Shown here piece after piece: positions 1-9,352 of a stretch of 64,000 nucleotides of DNA (positions within the stretch are counted from its first letter, which is position 1; each line of letters begins with the position of its first letter). The stretch is from a virus (taxonomy: Duplodnaviria > Heunggongvirae > Uroviricota > Caudoviricetes), in the IMG/VR virus record IMGVR_UViG_3300029288_007064; one strand, 5' to 3'. The notes under the pieces are model-generated. The model saw only the letters and a list, made by a program, of their open reading frames with translations, searched no databases and was not told the origin of the DNA. A program made the translations under genes and the position numbers.

Positions 1-402
1 ATTTGGATTAACATTTCCCCAATATGTTTCTTTCTGTGGATGCACTAATGGGTCTCCATACACTTCTGAGGTGGATGCTTGAATAACTCTAACGTTAACA
101 TCACGTGCATATTCAAGAACATTACTCATCCCTTTAGAATTTGCCATAAGTGTATCAAATGGATACTTCTGATACATTACTGGACTTGCTGGAGACGCTA
201 AATTAAATATTAAATCCACTTCGTCATGAACTATGAAATCTGAAATATCATATTCTTCAAACTCCACTTCTATTCCTTTGAGATTGTCTTTATTTCCAGT
301 TATTAAGTTATCATATACAATAACTTCATCACCACGTTTAACTAACTTCTTGCATAGATGATTTCCAATGAATCCAGCTCCTCCACAAACCAATGTTCTC
401 AT
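1..402 (-). CDS. UDP-glucuronate decarboxylase / dTDP-glucose 4,6-dehydratase-like NAD-dependent extended SDR (N-terminal part; gene continues beyond window start)
   Basis: Own reverse translation from ATG at 400-402: MRTLVCGGAGFIGNHLCKKLVKRGDEVIVYDNLITGNK...QASTSEVYGDPLVHPQKETYWGNVNP. Has a GxxGxxG Rossmann motif and the STSEVYG / HPQxExYWG signature of UXS-type enzymes. Absent from the ORF track because it is truncated by the window edge. Confidence 0.7.
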   Translation of the reverse strand, partial: MRTLVCGGAGFIGNHLCKKLVKRGDEVIVYDNLITGNKDNLKGIEVEFEEYDISDFIVHDEVDLIFNLASPASPVMYQKYPFDTLMANSKGMSNVLEYARDVNVRVIQASTSEVYGDPLVHPQKETYWGNVNPN

Positions 403-665
403 TTTTTCACCCTTTCACAATTACACTTTCCATCTTTTGCAATACTGTAAGCATGTACCAAATTTGACCAAAGATGTAATGTTAATTTCCTGTTTGCTTT
501 CAATAACTTCTGACATTCTTTGCAGTTTAATTGCATTTCATAAATTTCTTCTTCTCTCATTGCATTTATGATTCCGCTATTATGTTTCTTACACAAAATC
601 CATGCAGTTATTAAATCTTCCAGTGCATCCAATTCAGAGTTTTTCACATCTAGACTTATTTTCAT
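399..665 (-). CDS. hypothetical small protein (CxxC pair)
   Basis: 88 aa ORF; 4-nt overlap with the downstream gene start, suggesting translational coupling. Confidence 0.35.
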   Translation of the reverse strand: MKISLDVKNSELDALEDLITAWILCKKHNSGIINAMREEEIYEMQLNCKECQKLLKANRKLTLHLWSNLVHAYSIAKDGKCNCERVKK

Positions 666-669
666 TTTA

Positions 670-1161
670 TCACCTTATTCGGAATAACTCTCTATTTACC
701 ATTACCTTTTGTATCATTTCTCTTATGTCTTTCTTTTCATACCAAGGTTTCTTTCCCAGTATCCATTCCATAATTTCTCTTGTATCAGTCATACAATATT
801 CTCTCATCGCATACACTACAGATACTAGAAGCTCTATTTTATCAAAATCATACATATCATCTGAAAATTCTTTACGTAGTTTTGAAATCCTTTCCATTTC
901 TAGTTGTGATAATAAATAACATGGTGGATTTTTACATTCTTTTATCTCATATCCCAATGTTGATATATGAAAAGAAAATGGTCCTTTAACATACCACTCT
1001 TGCTTCGGAAGTCTTGCTATTCCAATTGTTGTTAGTATGTAAGCCATCTCTTGTAATCGTATTTTATGTTCAAAGTTGTCAAATTCAAACTTTCTGTGAT
1101 AAGTTTCTACATATAAAGAATTTAACCTTGCTGCTTCGTCATTCATTAATATCACCAGCAT
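670..1161 (-). CDS. hypothetical protein
   Basis: 163 aa ORF in an operon-like arrangement with the sugar-nucleotide genes. Confidence 0.4.
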   Translation of the reverse strand: MLVILMNDEAARLNSLYVETYHRKFEFDNFEHKIRLQEMAYILTTIGIARLPKQEWYVKGPFSFHISTLGYEIKECKNPPCYLLSQLEMERISKLRKEFSDDMYDFDKIELLVSVVYAMREYCMTDTREIMEWILGKKPWYEKKDIREMIQKVMVNRELFRIR

Positions 1162-2423
1162 ACGCCTTCATAGTTACCATCACTTCTCTTATTCCACAAA
1201 TGTCTTCCATCAAACACCTGTTTTCCTTCATATAAACTCTCATCCATAAACTCCTCCCATTCTGTAAGGACGAATACTATATCAGCATCCTTGACTGCCT
1301 CTCTTGCTGAAGAAGCATACTTTATTCCATTACCCAATAACTTCGTAGCGTTCTCCATTGCTTTTGGGTCGTATGCTGTAACAAGTGCTCCCATCTGAAG
1401 CAATCTTGGTGCAATCGTAAGGAAAGGAGACTCTCTTATATCATCAGTATCAGGTTTAAATGCAATTCCAAGAACTGCAACATTCTTTCCTGACAGACCA
1501 CCTGTCTTTTCCTTTGCGAGCTTCAATAACCTCAAAGGCTGGAGTTCATTAGTATCCATCACCGCTTGAAGTATCTTAGGCTCTACATCATTTACTTTTG
1601 CAGTATGAATAAGTGATTTCACATCCTTTGGGAAACAACTTCCACCAAAGCCTACACCTGCATTTAAGAACTGTGGTCCTATTCTTTTATCTGCTCCAAC
1701 ACCTATCATTACATCGTACACATCAATACCTAACTTCTTGCAAATATTGCCTATTTCATTTGAGAATGATATCTTCGTTGCAAGCATAGCATTACTTGTG
1801 TATTTAATCATTTCAGCAACCTTTATTTCAGTTACAAGTAAAGGACCAGGAGACAATGTAAATGAATACAACTCCCTTAATTTGTCTGATGTTTCGTGCT
1901 TATTGCATCCAATAACAATCCTATCTGGATATAGAAAATCTTGTACAGCATGTCCTTCTCTTAGAAACTCTGGATTCATAGCAATGCCATAATTATTTGC
2001 ACCAGACATTTGCAAAGTCATATCAACCTTTTCTGTAGTTCCTGGAGGAACGGTGCTTTTTACTACGATAATGTGATGAGTATTCTTCTTTGCCAATACC
2101 TTTCCGATCTGTTCTGCTGCTTCAAATATGGAAGTAAGGTCTGTGCTTCCATCTTCATTTGAAGGAGTGCCTACACAAATGAAAGTGATATCTGTCTTTA
2201 GTATTGCATCTTCTGCATCTGCTGTGACTTTGAACTTTCCGTTATTGACTACATCACCAAGCATATTGTCTAGCTCTGGCTCATATATCGTGCTTATTCC
2301 CTTGTTCAACGTTCTTATCTTTGTAGGATTTCTGTCTATGCAGATTACATCATTTCCTAAGTGTGCAAAACAAACTCCAGAAACCAAACCCACATAGCCA
2401 GTACCGAATATAGATATTTTCAT
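1152..2423 (-). CDS. ugd: UDP-glucose 6-dehydrogenase (UDP-glucose/GDP-mannose dehydrogenase family)
   Basis: 423 aa. N-terminal MKISIFGTGYVGLVSG NAD-binding motif and the catalytic-Cys region GFGGSCFPKDV. Length and architecture are typical of the family. Confidence 0.9.
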   Translation of the reverse strand: MKISIFGTGYVGLVSGVCFAHLGNDVICIDRNPTKIRTLNKGISTIYEPELDNMLGDVVNNGKFKVTADAEDAILKTDITFICVGTPSNEDGSTDLTSIFEAAEQIGKVLAKKNTHHIIVVKSTVPPGTTEKVDMTLQMSGANNYGIAMNPEFLREGHAVQDFLYPDRIVIGCNKHETSDKLRELYSFTLSPGPLLVTEIKVAEMIKYTSNAMLATKISFSNEIGNICKKLGIDVYDVMIGVGADKRIGPQFLNAGVGFGGSCFPKDVKSLIHTAKVNDVEPKILQAVMDTNELQPLRLLKLAKEKTGGLSGKNVAVLGIAFKPDTDDIRESPFLTIAPRLLQMGALVTAYDPKAMENATKLLGNGIKYASSAREAVKDADIVFVLTEWEEFMDESLYEGKQVFDGRHLWNKRSDGNYEGVCW

Positions 2424-2668
2424 TTTTCCACCATCTCCTTTTCAATAAATGATTTATAAACAATTTCCTTTTCTTCGTCTGGTAAATTACGCAATAACGA
2501 CACATATTTGTTGACTGTGTTCTTTGATATTCCTAATCTTTCTGCAATTGTGGTATTATTGCATCCCAAAGCTCTATATTTCATGATGTATCTCATGAAT
2601 AGTGGAGTAATCCTATATCTTTTTACTATTTTGTTGAATTCCACTATCTCACCTTCATCCATTCCCAA
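2420..2668 (-). CDS. small HTH DNA-binding protein (sigma-70 region 4 / LuxR-like helix-turn-helix)
   Basis: 82 aa; ...TIAERLGISKNTVNKYVSLL... is a classic HTH. Confidence 0.45.
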   Translation of the reverse strand: MGMDEGEIVEFNKIVKRYRITPLFMRYIMKYRALGCNNTTIAERLGISKNTVNKYVSLLRNLPDEEKEIVYKSFIEKEMVEK

Positions 2669-3576
2669 TACTTTTGCAATCCTTCATCCAACTTTATTCT
2701 AGGACGCCATCCTAATTCGTGTGCTGCTTTTGTATGGTCAGCAAGCGTTTCCTGAACGTCGCCAGCTTGGTCTTCAATATATTTTATCTCGGATTTGCTG
2801 TCTGTTATTGCAATAATCTTCTCTGCAAGCACCTTTACTGTGACTTTATTTCCTCCTCCAAGATTGTAAGGTCCTGTCTTACCTTTCTCAAGAGCATGAA
2901 GTGTTCCATTTACTATGTCTGAAATGTAAGTAAAATCTCTTGCTTTTGAACCATCACCATATACTTCAATAACTTCATTCTTTCTTGCCTTCTGGAAGAA
3001 CTTATGGATTGCAAGGTCTGGTCTTACTCTTGGACCATAGACTGTGAAATAACGAAGCATTGGGATTGTTATTCCATAAAGCTCCGAATAAACCCTGCAC
3101 AAATGCTCTCCTGCTAACTTGGATACTCCATATGGAGATATTGGTTCTGTTGGATGCTTTTCGTCGTACGGAAGATACTTCATTTTTCCATATACTGAGG
3201 AAGATGAAACAAAAATCATCTTATTTATTCCACATGCTTTTGCTTCATTAAGAACTGTAAGTGTTCCATCAACATTTACAGATACAGTCTTCTCTGGGTC
3301 TTCCAAAGAAGCACGAACACCTGCTTGTGCTGCAAGATGAATAACTGCATCCACATCTCTTATTGCTTCATTTACTGTTTTGTCGTTTCGTATGTCTCCG
3401 ACAACCAATTCAAAGCGTGGATTATCCATTGCTTCAGATAAATTTCTGTATTTAATTTCCCTGTCGTAGTATCCATCAAAGTTGTCAAGACCTCTGACTG
3501 AAAATCCTCCCATTAGTAATCTTTCTGTAACATGAGAGCCGATGAATCCTGCAGAGCCTGTGACCAATATTTTCAT
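2644..3576 (-). CDS. NAD-dependent sugar-nucleotide epimerase/dehydratase (GalE / UDP-glucuronate 4-epimerase-like)
   Basis: 310 aa. MKILVTGSAGFIGSHV Rossmann motif and YxxxK catalytic dyad (YGVSKLAGE). Sits between ugd and the UXS-like gene. Confidence 0.85.
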   Translation of the reverse strand: MKILVTGSAGFIGSHVTERLLMGGFSVRGLDNFDGYYDREIKYRNLSEAMDNPRFELVVGDIRNDKTVNEAIRDVDAVIHLAAQAGVRASLEDPEKTVSVNVDGTLTVLNEAKACGINKMIFVSSSSVYGKMKYLPYDEKHPTEPISPYGVSKLAGEHLCRVYSELYGITIPMLRYFTVYGPRVRPDLAIHKFFQKARKNEVIEVYGDGSKARDFTYISDIVNGTLHALEKGKTGPYNLGGGNKVTVKVLAEKIIAITDSKSEIKYIEDQAGDVQETLADHTKAAHELGWRPRIKLDEGLQKYWEWMKVR

Positions 3577-4178
3577 AGCAACTCCTCCACAACATCTCTG
3601 TATTTTTGGAAAAACTTATCGTGTTTTGGTAAGTCTGTCTCTCTAATATAATCTTCAACAGTTTTAATTGCTGTTTCAATTTCTTCTTCTTTACGAATAC
3701 TAAAATTCTTCATATACATAATTGGAAGGTTTCCGTCCGCAACTGAGAAAGCACTTCTTAATCCTCTTTCTACATATTGTTGTCTCTTTGGAATAAGATT
3801 ATCTATATATTTGTAGTAGTTGTATTTCGCCATTGAGATGTAATGCATTGCTAATTTATAGCGATTAAACTCTCCACTTTTTGCAAGAACTCTAAATTTC
3901 ACGAATACTTCATCTGAAAATAAACTTGGTGATAACAAACATTCTATTGCTGTAGGATTACTATTTTCTAAGTGATGGAAGAATTTATCAAAAGACCAGA
4001 ATACTGTCTCAAGAGGTTCTAAGTTTTCAGGATGTATTTCTTGCATTTCTGGTACTTTGTGCAATAGGATTTCTTTATGACTTCTATAATATACTCCTCT
4101 GAGGTCTATGTCAGAGCTATCTTTGTCCCAGTATCCCCACCCAAGACTTCCAGCTACACATAAGTATCCAAGTTTCAT
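3573..4178 (-). CDS. Pol-beta superfamily nucleotidyltransferase
   Basis: 201 aa. N-terminal GSLGWGYWDKDSSDIDL matches the G[GS]x9-13DxD minimal nucleotidyltransferase motif. 4-nt overlap with the epimerase stop and immediately upstream of the Thg1-like gene. Confidence 0.55.
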   Translation of the reverse strand: MKLGYLCVAGSLGWGYWDKDSSDIDLRGVYYRSHKEILLHKVPEMQEIHPENLEPLETVFWSFDKFFHHLENSNPTAIECLLSPSLFSDEVFVKFRVLAKSGEFNRYKLAMHYISMAKYNYYKYIDNLIPKRQQYVERGLRSAFSVADGNLPIMYMKNFSIRKEEEIETAIKTVEDYIRETDLPKHDKFFQKYRDVVEELL

Positions 4179-4188
4179 TCGTTATCAC

Positions 4189-4953
4189 CTATTCCTTTAT
4201 AATAGCATCTATATTAAAATCTTTGTGTGATACGTCCATAGTATTCAATTCGTAGCGTTCTGTTTCTACCGCAACCTTTTTAATAGGGTTGTATCCTATT
4301 TTCATCTTCTTTACTTTATATATAAATGTTCCTAAACAAATCCATGCAGGAATATCTGCCCAGTTTATATCAAAATTTTCAAGTACTTTCTTTTTCTCGA
4401 AATCTTTCATTCTGTCCATTTCCTTTGTAACTTTACGTGTTGATTTTGATTCTTTACTGACCTTAGTCCATAATAGATATGTTGATATGGAATTTCTTGC
4501 ACTATCATAAATTCTCCACTTTATGTTCTTCTTGACTAACTCAAACGTAGGGAATACTAATATCCGACAGTCAAAGCATGGATTTAAGTCTGGTTCTGTT
4601 CCAGTATTGATAACTTTGTTGAATACTACACTAAAATATGAAGGAATAACACTACATAGTTTTTCTGGTCTCCTATTGAACAATAAACTATCTCTTGCAA
4701 GTATAAGTGTTACTTCATCACTTTCAGTATAGGCAAAAATGATATCTGGAAATTCCTTTATAAGATATTTTGTAGTTGTAACAAGTGCTTCTCTTAATTT
4801 CTTATCAAACGGTCTTTCTAAACCTAAGCGTTTTACTTCTGTATGAAATTTTCTACCATCTAAACGAAGACAAATATAATTGCCCATAGGTACTTTTAAG
4901 TTGGCATTAACTTCATATTCCATCATCGTCTTATCAAAGCTTTCTCCTTTCAT
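4189..4953 (-). CDS. tRNA-His guanylyltransferase (Thg1)-like 3'-5' nucleotide polymerase
   Basis: 254 aa. Block similarity to eukaryotic and archaeal Thg1: YICLRLDGRKFH, IIFAYTESDEVTLIL, FDCRILVFPT, ISTYLLW. Length matches archaeal Thg1-like proteins. Confidence 0.8.
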   Translation of the reverse strand: MKGESFDKTMMEYEVNANLKVPMGNYICLRLDGRKFHTEVKRLGLERPFDKKLREALVTTTKYLIKEFPDIIFAYTESDEVTLILARDSLLFNRRPEKLCSVIPSYFSVVFNKVINTGTEPDLNPCFDCRILVFPTFELVKKNIKWRIYDSARNSISTYLLWTKVSKESKSTRKVTKEMDRMKDFEKKKVLENFDINWADIPAWICLGTFIYKVKKMKIGYNPIKKVAVETERYELNTMDVSHKDFNIDAIIKE

Positions 4954-5228
4954 TTTTCCCCCATCTCCTTTTCTCGTTTGTGGAGAGCATCTGCAAAATC
5001 TTGTGCAGATTTAGATAAATACCTTCTTAAAAAATCTCCAGACGGCTCATTAGTTAAAATAGGAAATCCATTTAGTTCACAGGTGCTTTCTACGAGAACA
5101 TAATTCTTTCCACATTTCGTGCAGTGGTAATAGTCTGCTCCCCCTCGTTTGTCTGGGGTGAGATAATGCCAAGAATATATTTCAACTGCTTCTCGCTCTT
5201 TGCAAAATCTGCATTCATATAAGTGCAT
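4950..5228 (-). CDS. zinc-ribbon protein
   Basis: 92 aa with CRFC...CTKC pairs. 4-nt overlap with the Thg1-like gene. Preceded by the conserved GGAGTTGGGGTAATG RBS/start element. Confidence 0.45.
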   Translation of the reverse strand: MHLYECRFCKEREAVEIYSWHYLTPDKRGGADYYHCTKCGKNYVLVESTCELNGFPILTNEPSGDFLRRYLSKSAQDFADALHKREKEMGEK

Positions 5229-5455
5229 TACCCCAACTCCTTTACCCCTAAATTCAACATTCTCTCAACTTCATCATCTTCAACGTTCCAACCTATATTC
5301 TTAAACCCCCCAAAACAAATTAACAGTTGGTTCAGGCGTAGGTCGGGGTTCTTCTCCCATATCTTCCGTATCTTTCCGAGTATCCTATCTATTCGCTTTT
5401 TATCCCTCATTCCCCCAACTCCTTTACCCCTAAATCCAACATTCTTTCCTTTCAC
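5228..5455 (-). CDS. small hypothetical protein (true start probably internal Met at 5410, giving 5228..5410)
   Basis: 75 aa ORF. The internal ATG at 5408-5410 is preceded by the same 33-bp AGAATGTTG.ATTTAGGGGTAAAGGAGTTGGGG element found upstream of the neighbouring gene. Confidence 0.35.
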   Translation of the reverse strand: MKGKNVGFRGKGVGGMRDKKRIDRILGKIRKIWEKNPDLRLNQLLICFGGFKNIGWNVEDDEVERMLNLGVKELG

Positions 5456-5570
5456 TTAATAATCCATTATCAAATAAAATTTCAAGTATATATTCTGTAT
5501 CATGGTTTTGAATGCTTGTATTTGCTTGCCTTAAATCTTCAACCATATCTTTAATAGATTTTTCTTTCAT

Positions 5571-5804
5571 TTAATACACCGTTAGTACTATAATCAAAAG
5601 CATAATCAATGTAATACCAATTATTCTGAATTTCATTTGGTTTTCTTTGCACCATACATCATACACAAGATTACAGTTCTTGCACTCATAGGCATAATTT
5701 CCAGAAACTATACCTTCTATTGTATACTGTGGCATTTTTGATACTAATTCTCCACACTTACCACACTTGAAATGCAAATCTGAACCTTCTTTAGACCAAC
5801 ACAT
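5571..5804 (-). CDS. zinc-ribbon protein with C-terminal TM helix
   Basis: 77 aa; CGKCG...CKNC; hydrophobic C-terminus. Confidence 0.4.
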   Translation of the reverse strand: MCWSKEGSDLHFKCGKCGELVSKMPQYTIEGIVSGNYAYECKNCNLVYDVWCKENQMKFRIIGITLIMLLIIVLTVY

Positions 5805-5995
5805 TATTTCACCTTATACAACTCCCTTTTTACCCATTCCCACACACTCCGTTGCCCCTCCCGATAATCATTATGCATACCTCGCAGTTCATAGAGTTTT
5901 TCGTTTATTTTTTGGATTAATCTTTCTTTGAATTTCCTTTCTCCTGAACTTTCCCCCCTTCCAAATGCAACATCTGTTCCGTCTATAAACGCCAT
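5804..5995 (-). CDS. small hypothetical protein
   Basis: 63 aa; start preceded by GGAGTTGGGGTAAATG (third copy of the RBS element). Confidence 0.35.
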   Translation of the reverse strand: MAFIDGTDVAFGRGESSGERKFKERLIQKINEKLYELRGMHNDYREGQRSVWEWVKRELYKVK

Positions 5996-6466
5996 TTACC
6001 CCAACTCCTTCAGCAACCACCAAAACGCTTCTATTTTTCCGTTATAATGATTGCGAGAACCTTTACCTTCCTCTCGGAATATTGCTTCTGCTAATTTCAT
6101 TTCGTTCTCAACCTTCTCCCTCAACCCCTTCTTGTAGTTGGCGAGTTTGGCTTCTAACGCAAGTTCTTTTTCGTGGCTTCTATCGTATTCATCTGTTTGC
6201 CCTGCTTGAAAGCCAATTCTAAATGCTTCCTCTATGCTGAAACGGGAATAGAGTTCTGGAATACTCTCATTGGTTTCATCAACCATTACCCTTTTATGTG
6301 CTAATCCTTCTATTTCCTTTATTTTTTTCTCGGTCAGCACGGATTTTTCCTTTTCCTTGCAATCGCACTCCGAATAGGTATGCTTCGTATAACTTCCTTC
6401 TTCGTCAGTTCCTTTGATTTTCCCGTTGTCTATTACCCCTGTTCCGTTGCAGATTTTACAGACCAT
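5996..6466 (-). CDS. hypothetical protein with N-terminal CxxCxGxG zinc-finger-like motif
   Basis: 156 aa; MVCKICNGTGVID; ends ...KELG* overlapping the next RBS. Confidence 0.4.
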   Translation of the reverse strand: MVCKICNGTGVIDNGKIKGTDEEGSYTKHTYSECDCKEKEKSVLTEKKIKEIEGLAHKRVMVDETNESIPELYSRFSIEEAFRIGFQAGQTDEYDRSHEKELALEAKLANYKKGLREKVENEMKLAEAIFREEGKGSRNHYNGKIEAFWWLLKELG

Positions 6467-6740
6467 TCATTTCACCCTTCATCTTCGCTTCTGCGAACTT
6501 CTCCATTTCATCATATTGCTTCATCTTGGCGTGTGCAATTACCTCATCTGGGCTTCCCATCAAATGCTGTAGCCGTTCTGCATCATAAAAATCTCCTTTC
6601 TTCTTCGCGTAATCCCTCATCTCCTTGAAGGCGGAGAGGCGACCTTCTTCCTTTCCGTTTGTATGCCCACGTGCATATCCCACCATATACTCTGGGTGAG
6701 GCAACTGTCCAATTTCTTCCTTCGTTGGTTTGTCCATCAT
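6456..6740 (-). CDS. hypothetical protein
   Basis: 94 aa ORF in the same-strand tight array. Confidence 0.35.
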   Translation of the reverse strand: MMDKPTKEEIGQLPHPEYMVGYARGHTNGKEEGRLSAFKEMRDYAKKKGDFYDAERLQHLMGSPDEVIAHAKMKQYDEMEKFAEAKMKGEMNGL

Positions 6741-7021
6741 ATAAATCTACCTTTCCTTTCTCCACTTTTCTTCTGTGCTTCGTATAATTCACGATAGAAT
6801 TTCTCAGTTTTAATCTTCTCCAATTCCGCCTTCAGTTTTGCGTTCTCCTCAAAGAGGTTATTGGATTTTTCAACCATTTCTGCCCAAAGTTTCGTTTTCC
6901 ACGTTTCAGGGCGTTCCTTGTTGAGCAGGGCAACTACTTTTTTAACTACTTCTTCGCCTTTTGCTTCGTAGTTTTCCCAAACTTCATTTATAATTTCTTC
7001 TGCGAGTTCTCGTGTGTTCAT
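6737..7021 (-). CDS. hypothetical coiled-coil protein
   Basis: 94 aa, charged helical; 4-nt overlap with its neighbour. Confidence 0.35.
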   Translation of the reverse strand: MNTRELAEEIINEVWENYEAKGEEVVKKVVALLNKERPETWKTKLWAEMVEKSNNLFEENAKLKAELEKIKTEKFYRELYEAQKKSGERKGRFI

Positions 7022-7025
7022 TTAA

Positions 7026-7268
7026 TCACCGTCTAACAGATTTCTTTATTGCATATAATATTTCGTGGTAAGTATCTTTCCCTAAACTACATCTTATCCC
7101 ATATAGAAGTGCTTTTTCGTCATCTGAAAGTAATTTTTTATTGAGTTGTGGTTCAAACCAATTATCATCTAAAGGCATTTGTCTATCAAATCCTTTATCT
7201 GGATTACAATTTTTGCAGAATATTTCTATTTCTTCCATACTACATTTACATTTTGAACATCTTATCAT
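7026..7268 (-). CDS. zinc-ribbon protein
   Basis: 80 aa, CSKCKC...CKNC. Confidence 0.4.
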   Translation of the reverse strand: MIRCSKCKCSMEEIEIFCKNCNPDKGFDRQMPLDDNWFEPQLNKKLLSDDEKALLYGIRCSLGKDTYHEILYAIKKSVRR

Positions 7269-7283
7269 AGTCGTTTCACCCTT

Positions 7284-7601
7284 CTACCTCCCAATCTTCG
7301 GAGAGGACATATATCTTTTTTCATAACCCCATTTTTTAGTTCCGTTTAGGTAAAGCCAATCCTTTCCTTTAACCTCAATCGCAACCATTCTTCCAACCGA
7401 AACAAGCCATTTGTTAATGCACTTCTTTGAACAGAAGTGTTCCATAACGCCCTCTCGCAAACAATAGAATTTCTTTTGTGAGATTTCTTTGCCACATTCC
7501 ATACATTTGCAAGCATAATCTGGTAATGCCTCTACTTCAATTTCTCCTGTAATTCTGTTCTTATTAGTCTTATTGGCTTGACAGATAGGACACTCAATCA
7601 C
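7284..7601 (-). CDS. zinc-binding protein (CPIC..CKC..C plus FCS/TRASH-like HFCSKKC motif)
   Basis: 105 aa with multiple Cys pairs. Confidence 0.4.
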   Translation of the reverse strand: MIECPICQANKTNKNRITGEIEVEALPDYACKCMECGKEISQKKFYCLREGVMEHFCSKKCINKWLVSVGRMVAIEVKGKDWLYLNGTKKWGYEKRYMSSPKIGR

Positions 7602-7655
7602 AAATACACCCGCTTCCCTTCCTTTGCCGATTTTACTGCGTCTATGAAGTTCATT

Positions 7656-7880
7656 TTATGCACCCTTAATCACTATGATAAATGCTCCTTGTGGATAATC
7701 CTCTCGTTCGTCGTAAATATAGTTAAATCCGTCTCCATGCCTTGACGGTTCTAATGCAGTTGCTTTCTTTTCTGTTGCTATTTCTGCTCTTCCTTCCTTT
7801 GGAATGACATGAACTTCAGCACCGCGAAAGAGTAATTCATCCAAAATTTCCTGTTTTGTTGCATTTTTTAATTCTGTCAT
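7656..7880 (-). CDS. small hypothetical protein
   Basis: 74 aa; TATA-like TTTATAAA lies 32 bp upstream of its ATG. Confidence 0.35.
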   Translation of the reverse strand: MTELKNATKQEILDELLFRGAEVHVIPKEGRAEIATEKKATALEPSRHGDGFNYIYDEREDYPQGAFIIVIKGA

Positions 7881-7904
7881 TTAATTACCAATTATATATT
7901 AAAC

Positions 7905-7930
7905 CAAACTATTTATAAAGGTATGCTTTT
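7905..7930 (-). promoter_or_regulatory. archaeal-type TATA-box-like promoter element (TTTATAAAGGTATGCT)
   Basis: TTTATAAA at 7912-7919, 32 bp upstream of the ATG at 7880. Near-identical copy at 16175-16194. Confidence 0.4.
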
Positions 7931-9028
7931 ATACATTTCCCTTATTCTAGGCAGTATTCCTTCCCAGGAGAACTTCTTTGCAGTTTCCAAAGCATTCTCA
8001 GACAGTTTTACTCTTAATTTATCATCGGTCAATACCTTCTCAAGATACTCTGCAAGTTCTTCTGGATTATCAGGTTTAACAAGAATACCGTTTTCGTAAT
8101 GCTTTATGATGTCAGGTATTCCTCCAACCATTGTTCCAACTGGTGTTATTCCACAAGCCATCGCTTCAATAAACACGATGCCAAATCCTTCGTCTCTGGA
8201 AGGACGACAGAAGACATCTGCCGAGGAATACCATTTTGATATTTCTTCGTGCTTTACTGGTGGATGAAATATTACTTCATTAGATGCCAATTTCATTAAT
8301 CTTTCTTTCTCTTCTCCATCTCCAATGATTACTAGCTCCCAATCTGGATGCTTTGGTTTAAGAACGCTAAATGCTCTTATGAGAGTATCTATTCCATTTT
8401 TGTGAGTAAGCCTGGATACACTCAGTATTATCTTTGAAGGATTGTCATCAAAGAACTCTCCTCTTATGTCTTTTGTCTTTTCAAATAACTTCAAATCAAC
8501 GGCATTTGGAATGACCACTACGTTCTTTGCACCAAGTGCTTTTGCCTTGCGTTCTAGGTCGTTAGAAACAGCGTGTACAACGTCTGCATTTCGAAGTGTC
8601 CAAGATACTATCGGTCTCAATATCTTGCCGAATTTACCCGTATTCTCGCTGTAATCACACATATCTCCTCCCTGTATGGTGACTATTGCTTTCTTGCCTG
8701 TCAATTTTTTGAGTATAACTGCTGAAGTTCCGGCAGTGAAAGCCATCGTTCCGTGATAGCAATTTACATCTTTTCTTTGTATCCACCCTTCAATAACAGA
8801 AGTGAAAAGGAATGAAAAAAGTTTTACGTTCTTTATCATAATCATAGGAACACGATTTACCTTTACTCCATTTATTACTTCTTTGTCTGGAAGGTCTCCT
8901 TTGAACTTTCCTGTAATAACCGAGACATCATTATCCACTGCTAATCTTTCACATAAGTCTTTTGCGAATACTTCAGCTCCTCCTTCATTTATTGGATGAT
9001 AGAAGGCACATATATGTATGATTTTCAT
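7913..9028 (-). CDS. GT4-family (GT-B fold) glycosyltransferase
   Basis: 371 aa; MKIIHICAFYHP...; C-terminal EGFGIVFIEAMACGITPV EX7E motif. Confidence 0.85.
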   Translation of the reverse strand: MKIIHICAFYHPINEGGAEVFAKDLCERLAVDNDVSVITGKFKGDLPDKEVINGVKVNRVPMIMIKNVKLFSFLFTSVIEGWIQRKDVNCYHGTMAFTAGTSAVILKKLTGKKAIVTIQGGDMCDYSENTGKFGKILRPIVSWTLRNADVVHAVSNDLERKAKALGAKNVVVIPNAVDLKLFEKTKDIRGEFFDDNPSKIILSVSRLTHKNGIDTLIRAFSVLKPKHPDWELVIIGDGEEKERLMKLASNEVIFHPPVKHEEISKWYSSADVFCRPSRDEGFGIVFIEAMACGITPVGTMVGGIPDIIKHYENGILVKPDNPEELAEYLEKVLTDDKLRVKLSENALETAKKFSWEGILPRIREMYKSIPL

Positions 9029-9352
9029 TTTAGTCGTCCTCCTCTTCTTCTACCTCTTCATCTTCGTCGTCTTCGAAGTCATCATTTTTTCAATCCTCTT
9101 CTTCATCATACTTTTGTGTTCTATCTCTTCCCATAATTCTCACCGTCTTTTTATGTGATATTTATCCTCTCTCTAATCCCATCAAATTACAATAATCAAT
9201 TTCTGAAATATCAACCAATAACAACTTTCCACTAGGCATAACTAGTTCCAAATAGTATTCATCACCACGAAATGTTCGCACTTTCCTAACATTTCTATAT
9301 TCCAATGTTTTTCCTTCCATGTCCATTCACCTAATTATACTATAAATCATAC

